Shown here: in pieces, positions 1 through 9,036 of the stretch | Numbering within the stretch: the stretch's first letter is position 1 | Layout of the letters: each line of letters begins with the position of its first letter | Assembly (NCBI GenBank): GCA_965222505.1 | Contig: OZ244956.1 | Span: 3,412,674-3,476,673 of the forward strand | Source: Rhodothermales bacterium | GTDB lineage: Bacteria; Bacteroidota; Rhodothermia; Rhodothermales; DATKEJ01 | Direction: 5' to 3' | Length of the DNA: 64,000 nt | Notes under the pieces: model-generated | Told to the model about the DNA's origin: nothing | The model's database searches: none | What the model saw: only the letters and a program-made list of their open reading frames with translations | Translations under genes and position numbers: made by a program

Positions 1-624
1 AAGCAGGGGCGCAACCGAAAAACCCAGGCCATCCTGCCGCTCCGGGGGAAGGTGCTCAATGCCGAGCAGGCCGGTCTCAAAAAGGTACAGGCCAACAAGG
101 AACTGAGCGACATCATCCTGGCCCTCGGCTGTGGGATGGGCGATCACCTGAACCTGAATCAGCTCCGGTACCACAAAGTCATTCTGCTGATGGATGCCGA
201 CTCCGACGGACACCACATTGCCACATTGTTGCTCACGTTTTTCTACCGCTACCTTCGGCCCCTCATCGACCACGGTTATGTGTATCTGGCGCAACCGCCG
301 CTGTACCGGGTCGATGCCCTCAAGGAAACCCATTGGGCGTTGGACGACGGGGATAAGGCCAAGATCGTCAAGCGCATTCAGAAGAAAAAACGCAACGCCA
401 AGATCGAAATTCAGCGGTTCAAGGGGCTGGGGGAGATGATGCCGAAAACCCTCTACGAGACCACCCTCAACCCCAAAAAACGGCGGCTGCTACAAGTGAG
501 TATTCCAGATACCGAACGGGTGCTGACCGAACGCACCATCAGCGATTTGATGGGCAAAAATGCCTCGGCCCGGTACGAGTTCATCATGCACCATGCCGAT
601 GAGGTCGATGATCTGGATGTGTAA
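1..624 (+). CDS. Type IIA topoisomerase subunit B (GyrB/ParE), C-terminal part; 5' end lies outside the window
   Basis: Frame 1 is open from base 1 ([20 protein letters not shown]...). Toprim/C-terminal motifs [18 protein letters not shown] and [10 protein letters not shown] are present. Stop TAA at 622-624. Confidence 0.9.
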   Translation, partial: KQGRNRKTQAILPLRGKVLNAEQAGLKKVQANKELSDIILALGCGMGDHLNLNQLRYHKVILLMDADSDGHHIATLLLTFFYRYLRPLIDHGYVYLAQPPLYRVDALKETHWALDDGDKAKIVKRIQKKKRNAKIEIQRFKGLGEMMPKTLYETTLNPKKRRLLQVSIPDTERVLTERTISDLMGKNASARYEFIMHHADEVDDLDV

Positions 625-1101
625 ATGACCCGGCTGCTGCACTTTACCCACGTCACCCCGGCCGATGCAGCAGTCGTGCACCGACTGACCCAGGAAGCCT
701 ACGCCGTTTATTTCGGGCGGCTTAGTCCGCCGTCTGGCACTGAGGGCGAAACCGTTGAGGCTGTAAAAACCTACCTTGAAACCGGTGGCGCTGTGCTTGC
801 CTTGCGCGATGCCGTCCCTGTAGGGGTAGCCCGTTACCGGCATACGCCTGAACACTACTGGGTGGAACGGGTAGCGGTGGGCACAGCCCATCAAAACACC
901 GGCGTGGCATCGGCCTTGCTGGGTTATTTGGAAGGGTTCATTCGGGCACAAACGCCTCCCGTCATCTGCGTTGAGGTGCGGCTTTCATTGCCGAAGAATG
1001 TCGCCTTTTATCGAAAACGGGGGTATACCGTACGCAGCCATCACCACTACCCCGATGGTACCGACTCCTGGTATCGTATGGTCAAAAGGGTAGGAGGTTG
1101 A
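625..1101 (+). CDS. GNAT family N-acetyltransferase
   Basis: 158 aa. GNAT-like core WVERVAVGTAHQNTGVASALLGYLE ... FYRKRGY. The ATG directly abuts the upstream stop codon. Confidence 0.7.
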   Translation: MTRLLHFTHVTPADAAVVHRLTQEAYAVYFGRLSPPSGTEGETVEAVKTYLETGGAVLALRDAVPVGVARYRHTPEHYWVERVAVGTAHQNTGVASALLGYLEGFIRAQTPPVICVEVRLSLPKNVAFYRKRGYTVRSHHHYPDGTDSWYRMVKRVGG

Positions 1102-1137
1102 CGTACTTTTCTCGAAACGGATTTGTACCTTTGGTTC

Positions 1138-2832
1138 ATGACCCGACGCTTATCCTACCACGGCCTCTTGCTGCTGTTATGCATCGGCAGTGCATGCACC
1201 TCTACCACAGACACCTACGACGCTGTCATTCGGGGCGGAACGGTCTACGATGGCAGTGGCACACCCGGCTACGTAGCGGATGTAGCGCTAAATGCCGATA
1301 CCATCGCCGTAATCGGTACCCTTGATCAGGCACGTGGGCATACCGAAATTGATGCAACGGGCCTGGCTGTAGCCCCCGGTTTTATCAATATGCTCAGTTG
1401 GGCCACCACCTCTCTCATTGCCGATGGGCGTTCCCTCGGCGACATCAAACAGGGCGTGACCCTTGAGGTGTTCGGCGAGGGGTGGTCCTTGGGACCGCTC
1501 AACGAAGCCATGAAGACGGAAATGAAAGTCGGGCAGGGGGACATACAGTATGAGATCGACTGGACCACGCTTGGGGAGTATCTGGAATCTTTAGAGGCCC
1601 GTGGGGTCTCGCCCAATGTGGCCTCATTCGTTGGGGCCACCACCGTGCGTATCCATGTACTCGGCTATGAAAACCGTGCCCCAACCCCTCAGGAATTGGC
1701 CCGGATGCAGGCGCTGGTACGTGCCGCGATGGAAGAAGGCGCGTTGGGTGTGGGTTCCTCTTTGATTTATGCTCCCGCGTTTTATGCGGACACCGACGAA
1801 CTGATTGCCCTGTGCCAGGTTGCCGCTGACTATGGTGGGATGTATATCTCGCACATGCGGAGTGAAGGCAACCAACTCCTGGAAGCCGTCGATGAATTGA
1901 TTAGCATTGCGCGCACCGCCGGCATCCGTGCCGAGATATATCACCTGAAAGCGGCTGGGCAGTCCAATTGGGACAAGCTGGATGCCGTCATCGAACGGAT
2001 TGAAGCCGCCCGCACAGAAGGCCTGGACATCACGACCGACATGTACACCTACACCGCAGGTTCCACCGGCCTCGACGCGGCTATGCCGCCCGAGGTACAG
2101 GAGGGCGGATTTGGAATGTGGCGTACCCGGCTGATGGATGAACAAATCCGTGCCGAGGTTATCAAGGCCATGGACACCCCCTCTGATGACTGGGAAAACC
2201 TGTACTATGCGGCAGGGGCAGAGAATGTACTTTTGGTCGGATTACGGAACCCGGCCCTTCGGTCTTTGATCGGGAAGACCCTGGCTGAAGTGGCGCTCAT
2301 GCGCGGGAAAACCCCAGCAGAAACGGCCGTCGATCTGGTGATCGAAGACAGCAGCCGGGTAGAGTCTGTGTATTTCCTGATGACCGAAGACAATGTACGG
2401 CGGCAGATGCAGTTGCCGTGGATGAGTTTTGGATCGGACGCGGCCTCCATGGCCCCAGAAGGTCAATTTCTGAACACCAGTACACACCCTCGGGCCTATG
2501 GCAACTTCGCCCGGTTACTCGGGCCATACGTTCGGGATCAAGGGGTGATGCCGCTGGAAGAAGCCATCCGCCGCCTCACGGCCCTACCTGCCGAGAACCT
2601 GCGCCTGGACCGTCGGGGCCGTCTTCAGCCCGGCTATTATGCCGATCTGGCCCTGTTTGACCCGGCCACCATCCGCGACCATGCCACCTACGAAGCACCC
2701 CACCAATTGGCCACGGGCATGGTGCATGTGTTTGTCAATGGCGTACACGTACTCGCCGACGGGGAACACACCGGCGCCACCCCCGGCCGCGTGGTTCGTG
2801 GGCCGGGATACCAGAAGAAAGAGGATTTGTAA
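1138..2832 (+). CDS. N-acyl-D-amino-acid deacylase (D-aminoacylase) family amidohydrolase, secreted or lipoprotein
   Basis: YDAVIRGGTVYDGSG...ATGLAVAPGFINMLSW is a typical D-aminoacylase N-terminus, and the length matches. ATG 1138 gives the signal MTRRLSYHGLLLLLCIGSAC. The ORF track starts at TTG 1123. Confidence 0.8.
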   Translation: MTRRLSYHGLLLLLCIGSACTSTTDTYDAVIRGGTVYDGSGTPGYVADVALNADTIAVIGTLDQARGHTEIDATGLAVAPGFINMLSWATTSLIADGRSLGDIKQGVTLEVFGEGWSLGPLNEAMKTEMKVGQGDIQYEIDWTTLGEYLESLEARGVSPNVASFVGATTVRIHVLGYENRAPTPQELARMQALVRAAMEEGALGVGSSLIYAPAFYADTDELIALCQVAADYGGMYISHMRSEGNQLLEAVDELISIARTAGIRAEIYHLKAAGQSNWDKLDAVIERIEAARTEGLDITTDMYTYTAGSTGLDAAMPPEVQEGGFGMWRTRLMDEQIRAEVIKAMDTPSDDWENLYYAAGAENVLLVGLRNPALRSLIGKTLAEVALMRGKTPAETAVDLVIEDSSRVESVYFLMTEDNVRRQMQLPWMSFGSDAASMAPEGQFLNTSTHPRAYGNFARLLGPYVRDQGVMPLEEAIRRLTALPAENLRLDRRGRLQPGYYADLALFDPATIRDHATYEAPHQLATGMVHVFVNGVHVLADGEHTGATPGRVVRGPGYQKKEDL

Positions 2833-2837
2833 CTTTC

Positions 2838-2858
2838 CAATCACCAATCACCAATCGT
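2838..2858 (+). repeat. Heptamer array CAATCAC x2 + CAATCGT (CACCAAT subfamily), 9 nt before ATG 2867
   Basis: Read directly: ttccaatcaccaatcaccaatcgtcag. Confidence 0.8.
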
Positions 2859-2866
2859 CAGTCTCC

Positions 2867-3277
2867 ATGGGTATCCTCAAAAAAATTCCGTACCTCGGCT
2901 TTATCTTGATCGCTTACAACATTTTGATTATCGCCAGCGGGAGTTCTGCAGTGGATGAATTGGGGGCCACGGTGTTTTCGGCGCGGCTTATTTCCGGGGC
3001 ACAGCTCACGTTGACGGTCGGGCATCTGTTCATCATCTTCGGGTTGGTGGCCCTCTTTCTGGAAATCGTGGCGGCTGTCAAGTCATCCCTGGATACCGTC
3101 GTGGATCATGCCGTTTCCATGATTGTGTTTGTGATATTTCTTATCCAGTTTATTGTGATGGCCAAAGCCGGCACGGCCACCTTTCTCATCCTCACCATCA
3201 TGGCTCTGCTGGATGTGATTGCAGGCTTCACCGTGTCCCTCTCCACGGCCCGACGGGATATTAATCTGGGTGATTGA
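2867..3277 (+). CDS. Small hydrophobic membrane protein (about 4 TM), unknown function
   Basis: Start at ATG 2867 (MGILKKIPYLGFILIAYNILII...), followed by four hydrophobic stretches. The longer 2639 start overlaps the upstream CDS and is Pro/Thr-rich shadow sequence. Confidence 0.55.
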   Translation: MGILKKIPYLGFILIAYNILIIASGSSAVDELGATVFSARLISGAQLTLTVGHLFIIFGLVALFLEIVAAVKSSLDTVVDHAVSMIVFVIFLIQFIVMAKAGTATFLILTIMALLDVIAGFTVSLSTARRDINLGD

Positions 3278-3288
3278 TCTATGATACC

Positions 3289-3849
3289 TCAGGCGAACAA
3301 TTCGGCCAGGGGGATTTGCAGAGCTGGAAGGGCCCTGGCTTGTAGCGTCTGGCCGGTGCCGTATACGGTTTCTTGCTGATATCCTGTTGCGGAAGGTTGG
3401 GTGTACACCTTGATGGTGCGATCCTTGACATCGACGAGCCAAAACTCTTGAATGCCTGCCTTGGCGTACAGCGGCGCTTTGGTTTGCCGGTCGTACCGCA
3501 GGGTAGAATGCGATACTTCGATCAGGAGAAACACATCCTCAGGCTCGGCCAGGCGGTCGGCATACCGGGTGTCTGGGCGGCGGAGCAGGGCAAGGTCCGG
3601 TTCGGGAGCGGAATGATCGGCTAGGCGAAACGTGTTTTGAACGCTGACAATGGCTTCCGCATCCACTTGTAGGATGCAGAGACGTGTAAGCCGGTTGACA
3701 CACATGATGTGCGGACTTCCGGCGGAGAGCATGAGCATAATTTTACCATCAATAAGTTCGATGCGCTCCTCGGGGTGGAACAGGCCAGATTCGGCCATTT
3801 TGAGGTATTCCTCGACGGTGAAGGGGCGCTGGATGATTGCAGTTTCCAT
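3289..3849 (-). CDS. Uma2 (DUF820) family putative endonuclease
   Basis: FTVEEYLKMAESG..ERIELIDGKI..M..AGSPH, PEPDLALL, FLLIEVSHSTLRYDRQTKAPLYAKAGIQEFWLVD. Internal ATG at 3849 chosen (METAIIQRPF...). Confidence 0.75.
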   Translation of the reverse strand: METAIIQRPFTVEEYLKMAESGLFHPEERIELIDGKIMLMLSAGSPHIMCVNRLTRLCILQVDAEAIVSVQNTFRLADHSAPEPDLALLRRPDTRYADRLAEPEDVFLLIEVSHSTLRYDRQTKAPLYAKAGIQEFWLVDVKDRTIKVYTQPSATGYQQETVYGTGQTLQARALPALQIPLAELFA

Positions 3850-4040
3850 AGCTTGAACAGATTTGGATGGCACACTATTAAACGAAACAGCTAAAGGGAA
3901 CGTTTCTACAGCACAGGTTGATGGGGGATCTTTTTGTTTTATTTCAGGACAAAATCCTGTATTCTGTTCTCTCCAGGTCACTTACTGCCCGGCTGACTTC
4001 TCCGCCTCTCGACCCCCCCCAATACCCAGACGTAACCCTC

Positions 4041-5603
4041 ATGAAAATTCCAGAACTCATTCTTCGGCAACTGTATACGTTCGGAAGCCTGACCAATGAA
4101 AACGGCGGCTTCTCCTTCAGCCTGAAAAACCGCCTCACCGACGTCAACCTTGCCGGACTCACGCAGGTGACCGTAGACGGCGTGGACGTCCCGCTGGACC
4201 GCGTGCAACTTCATTTCGAGGATGGCACGACGTTGCACAGTAGCGATTTATCCCTTGAACGCCCCTTGTCGTTTCCGCTCCGCCGGATCGTTAAGTTTCA
4301 TGTGCCGGCTGGTCCGTTGGAGACCGGGAGCCACAAACTGCGCATCGGTTTTGTGGCCGAGGGACGGGGAAAGATGGCCTTCAGCGTGAAGGATGCCATT
4401 CGGGCGGCCAAACACGTTGAGCATAGCATCGCCAAAATCCCCCGCATGGATGGGGAAGCTGATTATTCGCGGGAGGCCGCTGCCCAACGACGCGACTTTG
4501 TTGGCGAATTTACGGGTGCCGATTTGGACCATGTGGGCCAGTATTCGATTGAGCCGAGCACGCTGCAGGGGAACATCGAACACTTTGTGGGTGTGGCACA
4601 AATTCCACTCGGGTTTGCCGGGCCACTCCGCATCCACGGCGAACACGCCAACGGCGAATTTCTGATTCCCCTTGCCACCACCGAAGGTACACTGGTGGCT
4701 TCGTACAACCGGGGCATACGGGTGGTTAACCTGAGCGGGGGCGTCAAGTGTACGGTCTCCTCCGACCGGATGCAGCGTGCCCCGGTGTTTGTGTTTGAAT
4801 CGGCACGGGAAGCACGGGATTTTAGCCTGTGGGTGGGGATGAACATTGACGCGGTGCGTGAGGCGGCGGAGGCGACGTCTAGTGTGGCCAAACTGCTTGA
4901 TATCGACACGTACTTGTCCAATCGCTTTGCCTTTCTGCGGTTCAACTATTCGACGGGTGATGCTGCCGGGCAAAACATGGTGGGCCGCGCCACCTTCGCA
5001 GCCTGTAGCTGGATTTTGGAACAGGACTATGCCAAACAACATGTTCGGCACTTTTACCTGGAATCCAACTTTGCGACCGACAAAAAAGCCTCGATGGTCA
5101 ACATCATGCGCACCCGTGGCAAGCGCGTAACGGCTGAGGCCGTCATCAAACGCGAAGTGCTGGAACAGCGCATGCGGGTCACCCCGGAGAACCTGCATTA
5201 CCATGCCCAGATTGCCAACGTCGGCTCGTTTATGTCCGGCGCGAACAACAACGGCGCCCATTCGCCGAATCTGGTAACCGCCATGTTCATCGCTACAGGA
5301 CAGGACGTGGCCAACGTGTCGGAATCTTCGGCTGCCGTGGTGTATACGGATCTTACCCGCGAGGGCGATTTGTACATGTCCATTACCATCCCTTCGCTGA
5401 TCGTGGCTACGTATGGCGGAGGAACCGGTATTGGTACGCAGCGCGAGTGTCTGAACGTGTTGGGCTGCCTCGGCCGGGGCAAGGTCAACAAGCTGGCCGA
5501 AATCGTAGCCGGTGCCGCATTGGCGGGCGAGTTATCCCTGTCGGCAGCCATCTCCTCGAACGACTGGGTGTCCAGCCATGAAAAGTATGGTCGGAATCGG
5601 TAA
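4041..5603 (+). CDS. Hydroxymethylglutaryl-CoA reductase family protein with an uncharacterised ~150-aa N-terminal domain
   Basis: HMGR core motifs: IPLGFAGPLRIHG, IPLATTEGTLVASYNRG, TGDAAGQNMV, ATYGGGTGIGTQRE. ATG 4041 (MKIPELILRQLYTF...). The N-terminal 150 aa are soluble and match no domain I recognise. Confidence 0.8.
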   Translation: MKIPELILRQLYTFGSLTNENGGFSFSLKNRLTDVNLAGLTQVTVDGVDVPLDRVQLHFEDGTTLHSSDLSLERPLSFPLRRIVKFHVPAGPLETGSHKLRIGFVAEGRGKMAFSVKDAIRAAKHVEHSIAKIPRMDGEADYSREAAAQRRDFVGEFTGADLDHVGQYSIEPSTLQGNIEHFVGVAQIPLGFAGPLRIHGEHANGEFLIPLATTEGTLVASYNRGIRVVNLSGGVKCTVSSDRMQRAPVFVFESAREARDFSLWVGMNIDAVREAAEATSSVAKLLDIDTYLSNRFAFLRFNYSTGDAAGQNMVGRATFAACSWILEQDYAKQHVRHFYLESNFATDKKASMVNIMRTRGKRVTAEAVIKREVLEQRMRVTPENLHYHAQIANVGSFMSGANNNGAHSPNLVTAMFIATGQDVANVSESSAAVVYTDLTREGDLYMSITIPSLIVATYGGGTGIGTQRECLNVLGCLGRGKVNKLAEIVAGAALAGELSLSAAISSNDWVSSHEKYGRNR

Positions 5604-5607
5604 AAAT

Positions 5608-5742
5608 GATGCGTGTTGCCTGAGGAAGCAGGTCCCTGATCTAGAGCCAGCTGAAGCACGTTCCACCTTGGACAAGTAAAGGTTGCATTGTCGGCCTTTA
5701 GGATTGGGAACAAGATCACGCAACACGCATCACGCAACAGAT
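5608..5742 (+). repeat. Long-loop inverted repeat plus ACGC-type heptamer array between the HMGR and acyltransferase genes
   Basis: GATGCGTGTTGC (5608-5619) is the perfect reverse complement of GCAACACGCATC (5720-5731). Right-side units ATCACGC|AACACGC|ATCACGC|AACAGAT end 6 nt before ATG 5748. Confidence 0.8.
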
Positions 5743-5747
5743 ACCTC

Positions 5748-7043
5748 ATGTCCAAGAAGAAATCGGATTCGCTGCTGTTTGATCTCAGCCTCGATGCGTC
5801 GGATCTGGAATCGTTGTTCGATCCCTATGATCCGATGCAGGTGGATGAAGAGCAGGAACACCGGTACCCGGAACTCCGGGCCACCATCGAGCCGGTTGAT
5901 CCGATTGACTGGACCTACCTGGATGACATCCGCAAACAGCCGTTTTTTAATGACATCCTCCGGCGATACTTCCGAGGGAAAATCGTTGGCGCAGACAAAA
6001 TTCCGCTGGACGGCCCCCTGATTGTGGCGCCAAACCACAGTGGCAACGCCTTTCCCCATGATGCCGTTGTGCTGGACGGTCTGATGTGGCGGCACAACGG
6101 ATTCAGCAAACGCGCCAAACTTCGGTCTGTCTTCTCGCCCATGTTGGCCGCGACCTGGTGGATGCGGCTCTACACCCTCGACAACTGGTGGCGGCGATGC
6201 GGCGGGGTAGACATGACGTTTTCCAACTACGACCGGCTCCTGGCGGCACGCCGAAAAGTCATCTATTACCCGGAGGGGGTGCCCGGCATCGGCAAGGGGT
6301 TTACCCGGCGGTACCAGCTGCAACACTACCATTCCAGCTTTGTGGTGCTGGCCGCCCGGCACAATGCGCCCATCTTCCCGGTGAGCGTGGTCAATGCCGA
6401 ATGGGTCAACCCCACCAGTATTACGTTCAAATGGCTGGACCGGGTATTTCATAAGGTTGGGTTGCCCTTTTTTCCGGTCCCGATTGTATTTCTGGCCTTC
6501 CTCTTTCCCTTCATTTTTTACCTGGGGTTTCCGTCCAGAATGGTGTTTGTCATTGGCGATCCCATTGACGTTAAACCATTACTCACCGAAGCCGGATGTA
6601 CGGACCTTGAGCGCCCCGGACGTGAGACCGTAAAGCAAGTGGCCGAGCGCATTCGGGTGTATGCCCAGCAGCAACTTGACCGTGCCGTCGAGACTTACGG
6701 TAAAAAACCTTACGATTGGCAGGGCTTGAAAGCGGCGATGAAACAGCGCGAAGGGGGCCTGTTCAAGGCGATACCGCTGGGGTGGCCGTTTGCGTTTGTT
6801 CAGCACGACCGCGACCTTCAGCGGTCTCCGGCCCGCAACAAGCTGCATGCCGCGCTGCGCGACCTCGACATTCTGGCGTTTTATCTACCGTTCGGCTGGT
6901 TTGTGCTGGCCCTGTTGCGTAGGTTGCGCAAACCGCCCTATGGGTACCGAGGCCTCTCGAAACAAGAGCGCCGGGTACGGGAGGGGAGTTATCGGTGGTC
7001 CCTCAAAAAACGTCCCCTGCCGATGGAGGAGCCAGCCGATTGA
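5748..7043 (+). CDS. PlsC-like (lysophospholipid/glycerol) acyltransferase family membrane protein
   Basis: GPLIVAPNHSGNAFPHDAVVL, YYPEGVPGIGKG and PIFPVSVVNAE resemble LPLAT motifs I-IV. The H(x4)D motif is not canonical. A hydrophobic segment VGLPFFPVPIVFLAFLFPFIFYLGF is present. ATG 5748 follows an intergenic repeat. Confidence 0.6.
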   Translation: MSKKKSDSLLFDLSLDASDLESLFDPYDPMQVDEEQEHRYPELRATIEPVDPIDWTYLDDIRKQPFFNDILRRYFRGKIVGADKIPLDGPLIVAPNHSGNAFPHDAVVLDGLMWRHNGFSKRAKLRSVFSPMLAATWWMRLYTLDNWWRRCGGVDMTFSNYDRLLAARRKVIYYPEGVPGIGKGFTRRYQLQHYHSSFVVLAARHNAPIFPVSVVNAEWVNPTSITFKWLDRVFHKVGLPFFPVPIVFLAFLFPFIFYLGFPSRMVFVIGDPIDVKPLLTEAGCTDLERPGRETVKQVAERIRVYAQQQLDRAVETYGKKPYDWQGLKAAMKQREGGLFKAIPLGWPFAFVQHDRDLQRSPARNKLHAALRDLDILAFYLPFGWFVLALLRRLRKPPYGYRGLSKQERRVREGSYRWSLKKRPLPMEEPAD

Positions 7044-8284
7044 TGCGGTGTATGATGGGAGAAGTCTTGTCCGATATTGCCCTCTGGAAGTATGCCAGCA
7101 TCCCGGTGGTTGCAGCGTTGGTAGGATGGTCTACGAACTGGGTGGCCATCAAACTGTTGTTTTTTCCGGTCAAGCCGTTGGGATGGCCGCCGTTCTTCGG
7201 GTGGCACGGCATCATTCCCTCGAAGGCGGGCAAAATGGGAGCCATTACCACAGATACCACACTCAGCAAGCTCGGCAGCTTGAAAGAGATGTTCGGGGCG
7301 ATGGAGCCGGACCTGATCGCGACACATTTGGTGGACACCATCAACCCCCAGATCGAGACCTTGGTGGACGAGTTGATGCAGCAGGAAAACCCACAGGTCT
7401 GGGACCTGGTCCCGCACACCGCCCGGCTGGTGATTCATGAACTGGTGCGGATTCGGCTACCGGAAGCGATTCGGGAGATGATGCACGATGTGGGTGTGCA
7501 TATCGAGGAGATGATGGACCTCAAGGAGATGGTGGTGCAACACCTCGAAGCCCATCCGCAGATCGTCAACCGAATCTTTCTGGAATGCGGCGATGCCGAG
7601 TTTAAGTTCATCATCCGCTCCGGGCTGTATTTCGGGTTTCTGTTCGGACTGATTCAGATGGGCATCTGGATTTTATACCCGGCCTGGTGGATACTGCCGC
7701 TGTTCGGGGTGATTGTGGGGTATGCAACCAACTGGATCGCGCTACGGATCGTCTTCCAGCCGCTTCGGCCCCGGAAGATCGGGCCGTTTATCGTGCAAGG
7801 CTTGTTTCTGAAACGGCAAAAGGAAGTCTCTGGCGTATGGTGCGGCATCGTCACACGGGAAGTGCTGACCATACACAACATCATCGAAGCGATGTTGCAC
7901 GGCAGCCGGGCCGAACATACCCGTGGGGTGGTGCGCCGCCATATCCGAAAAGTGGTGGATGAATCGCTGGGGATCACCCGGCCCGTGGTGCAATTCACCG
8001 TTGGGTCCAAGGCGTATGCACACCTGAAAGAGTCCGTATCCGAGCAGGCCATGCTGCTTACGTCCACGGCCTTCAACGATCCCCAGTTTAATGAGGACCG
8101 TGCGCAAGTGGTGCAGGGATTGATGCAGGGCCGTATGGAAGCCCTCTCCTCCGAAGAATTTCAATACCTGCTCCGCCCGGCATTCGAGGAAGAGGAACTC
8201 AAACTCATTCTGATGGGCGCCTTGCTCGGTTTCGGAGCCGGATTGGCCCAACTGTTCTGGGTGTTTGGTGGAGGAGGGGTTTGA
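7043..8284 (+). CDS. DUF445 (YheB-like) family membrane protein
   Basis: Duplicated signature GWSTNWVAIKLLFFP / GYATNWIALRIVFQP plus GIIPSKAGKMG. The ATG overlaps the upstream stop (TGATG at 7041-7045). Confidence 0.6.
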   Translation: MRCMMGEVLSDIALWKYASIPVVAALVGWSTNWVAIKLLFFPVKPLGWPPFFGWHGIIPSKAGKMGAITTDTTLSKLGSLKEMFGAMEPDLIATHLVDTINPQIETLVDELMQQENPQVWDLVPHTARLVIHELVRIRLPEAIREMMHDVGVHIEEMMDLKEMVVQHLEAHPQIVNRIFLECGDAEFKFIIRSGLYFGFLFGLIQMGIWILYPAWWILPLFGVIVGYATNWIALRIVFQPLRPRKIGPFIVQGLFLKRQKEVSGVWCGIVTREVLTIHNIIEAMLHGSRAEHTRGVVRRHIRKVVDESLGITRPVVQFTVGSKAYAHLKESVSEQAMLLTSTAFNDPQFNEDRAQVVQGLMQGRMEALSSEEFQYLLRPAFEEEELKLILMGALLGFGAGLAQLFWVFGGGGV

Positions 8285-8390
8285 TTGGTAATTGGTGATT
8301 TGTGATTGGTGATTTAGGGGGAAACGAAATCAATGACCAATCACCAATGATCATTGACAATTGACAATCGACCATTGACAATTGACCATT
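8284..8390 (+). repeat. Compound heptamer array: ATTGGTG-type arm, loop, CACCAAT-type arm, then TGACAAT/TGACCAT units
   Basis: gattggt|aattggt|gatttgt|gattggt|gattt-agggggaaacg-aaatcaa|tgaccaa|tcaccaa|tgatcat|tgacaat|tgacaat|cgaccat|tgacaat|tgaccat. ATTGGTGATT (8291-8300) is complementary to AATCACCAAT (8339-8348). Confidence 0.85.
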
Positions 8391-8469
8391 AGAATGTGTA
8401 ACATATGTAAAATGTATGGGTATCCTCTAGATATCTATCTCCTTTTAACCTCAAAATGCTGATACCAAC

Positions 8470-9030
8470 ATGGGAATTTCTGATTATGTAAAAAAGGGCA
8501 TGGAAAAGGCCGACGAACTGGCCGATAGCCTGAAGGAAAAAGCGGAAGACGCAATGGAATCCGTTGCACCCCTCACGGAGAACCTGAAGGAAAAAGCCGG
8601 AGCTGCTATGGATCAGGCCGGGGAATGGACAGACAACCTGAAGGAAAAAGCCAGTGATGCCTTCGGGGGCGACAGCTACCTGGAGAAAGCCCAGGACCTG
8701 TACGCCATGTGCGGCGAAGGCAAAATGATGGATGCTTTCGAGAAATACTATCACGACGATGTGGTGATGATCGAAGCCACCGGCGAAACCACGGAAGGCA
8801 AAGCCGCCAACCGCGAGCGGGAGATGAAGTGGATGGAAAATGTGCAGGAGATGCACGGTTTCGGGCACACCGCCACCACGGCCAATGAGGAGGACAAGGT
8901 AACGATGTGCGAAAGCTGGATGGAAGTCACCTTCAAGGATGGCAACCGCATGAAGCTGGAACAGGTCGCCGTACAACGTTGGGAAGGGGACCACATCATT
9001 CATGAGCGGTTCTACTACAACGCCCCATAA
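8470..9030 (+). CDS. NTF2/SnoaL-like domain protein with N-terminal 18-aa LKEKA repeats
   Basis: The C-terminal ~110 aa match the SnoaL-like pattern (AQDLYAMCGEGKMMDAFEKYYHDDVVMIEA...VAVQRWEGDHIIHERFYYN). The N-terminus has three repeats xLKEKAxxA. Confidence 0.6.
   Translation: MGISDYVKKGMEKADELADSLKEKAEDAMESVAPLTENLKEKAGAAMDQAGEWTDNLKEKASDAFGGDSYLEKAQDLYAMCGEGKMMDAFEKYYHDDVVMIEATGETTEGKAANREREMKWMENVQEMHGFGHTATTANEEDKVTMCESWMEVTFKDGNRMKLEQVAVQRWEGDHIIHERFYYNAP
8529..8690 (+). repeat. Three tandem 54-bp coding repeats (CCTGAAGGAAAAAGC core)
   Basis: The core CCTGAAGGAAAAAGC occurs at 8529, 8583 and 8637, an exact 54-nt spacing. It encodes xLKEKA repeats. Confidence 0.8.
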
Positions 9031-9036
9031 AGTAGT

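Noticed and set aside
2639-2866. The long 5' extension of the small membrane protein ORF (start at 2639). Similar extensions occur at 3981, 3918, 5688, 9049, 24203, 27403, 35557, 36656, 43241, 51060, 57863 and 57858.
   Set aside because: The extensions overlap upstream genes or run through intergenic repeats. They also precede an internal ATG that gives a sensible N-terminus, such as a signal peptide or a conserved family start.
4248-5261. Long antisense ORFs opposite confidently assigned genes. Examples are 4248-5261(-), 9906-11210(-), 11259-12716(-), 17683-18471(+), 18523-19536(+), 22263-23363(+), 25820-26812(-), 35463-36260(+), 43337-44515(+) and 56061-57689(+).
   Set aside because: They are Arg/Gly/Pro/His-rich, low-complexity translations. 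Each lies on the strand opposite a gene with clear family motifs. These are typical shadow ORFs of high-GC DNA.
8284-8390. Could the heptamer arrays be a CRISPR array or a degenerate one?
   Set aside because: The units are 7 nt and contiguous, with no spacers of unique sequence and no cas genes in the window. The architecture is a tandem microrepeat or hairpin, not repeat-spacer.
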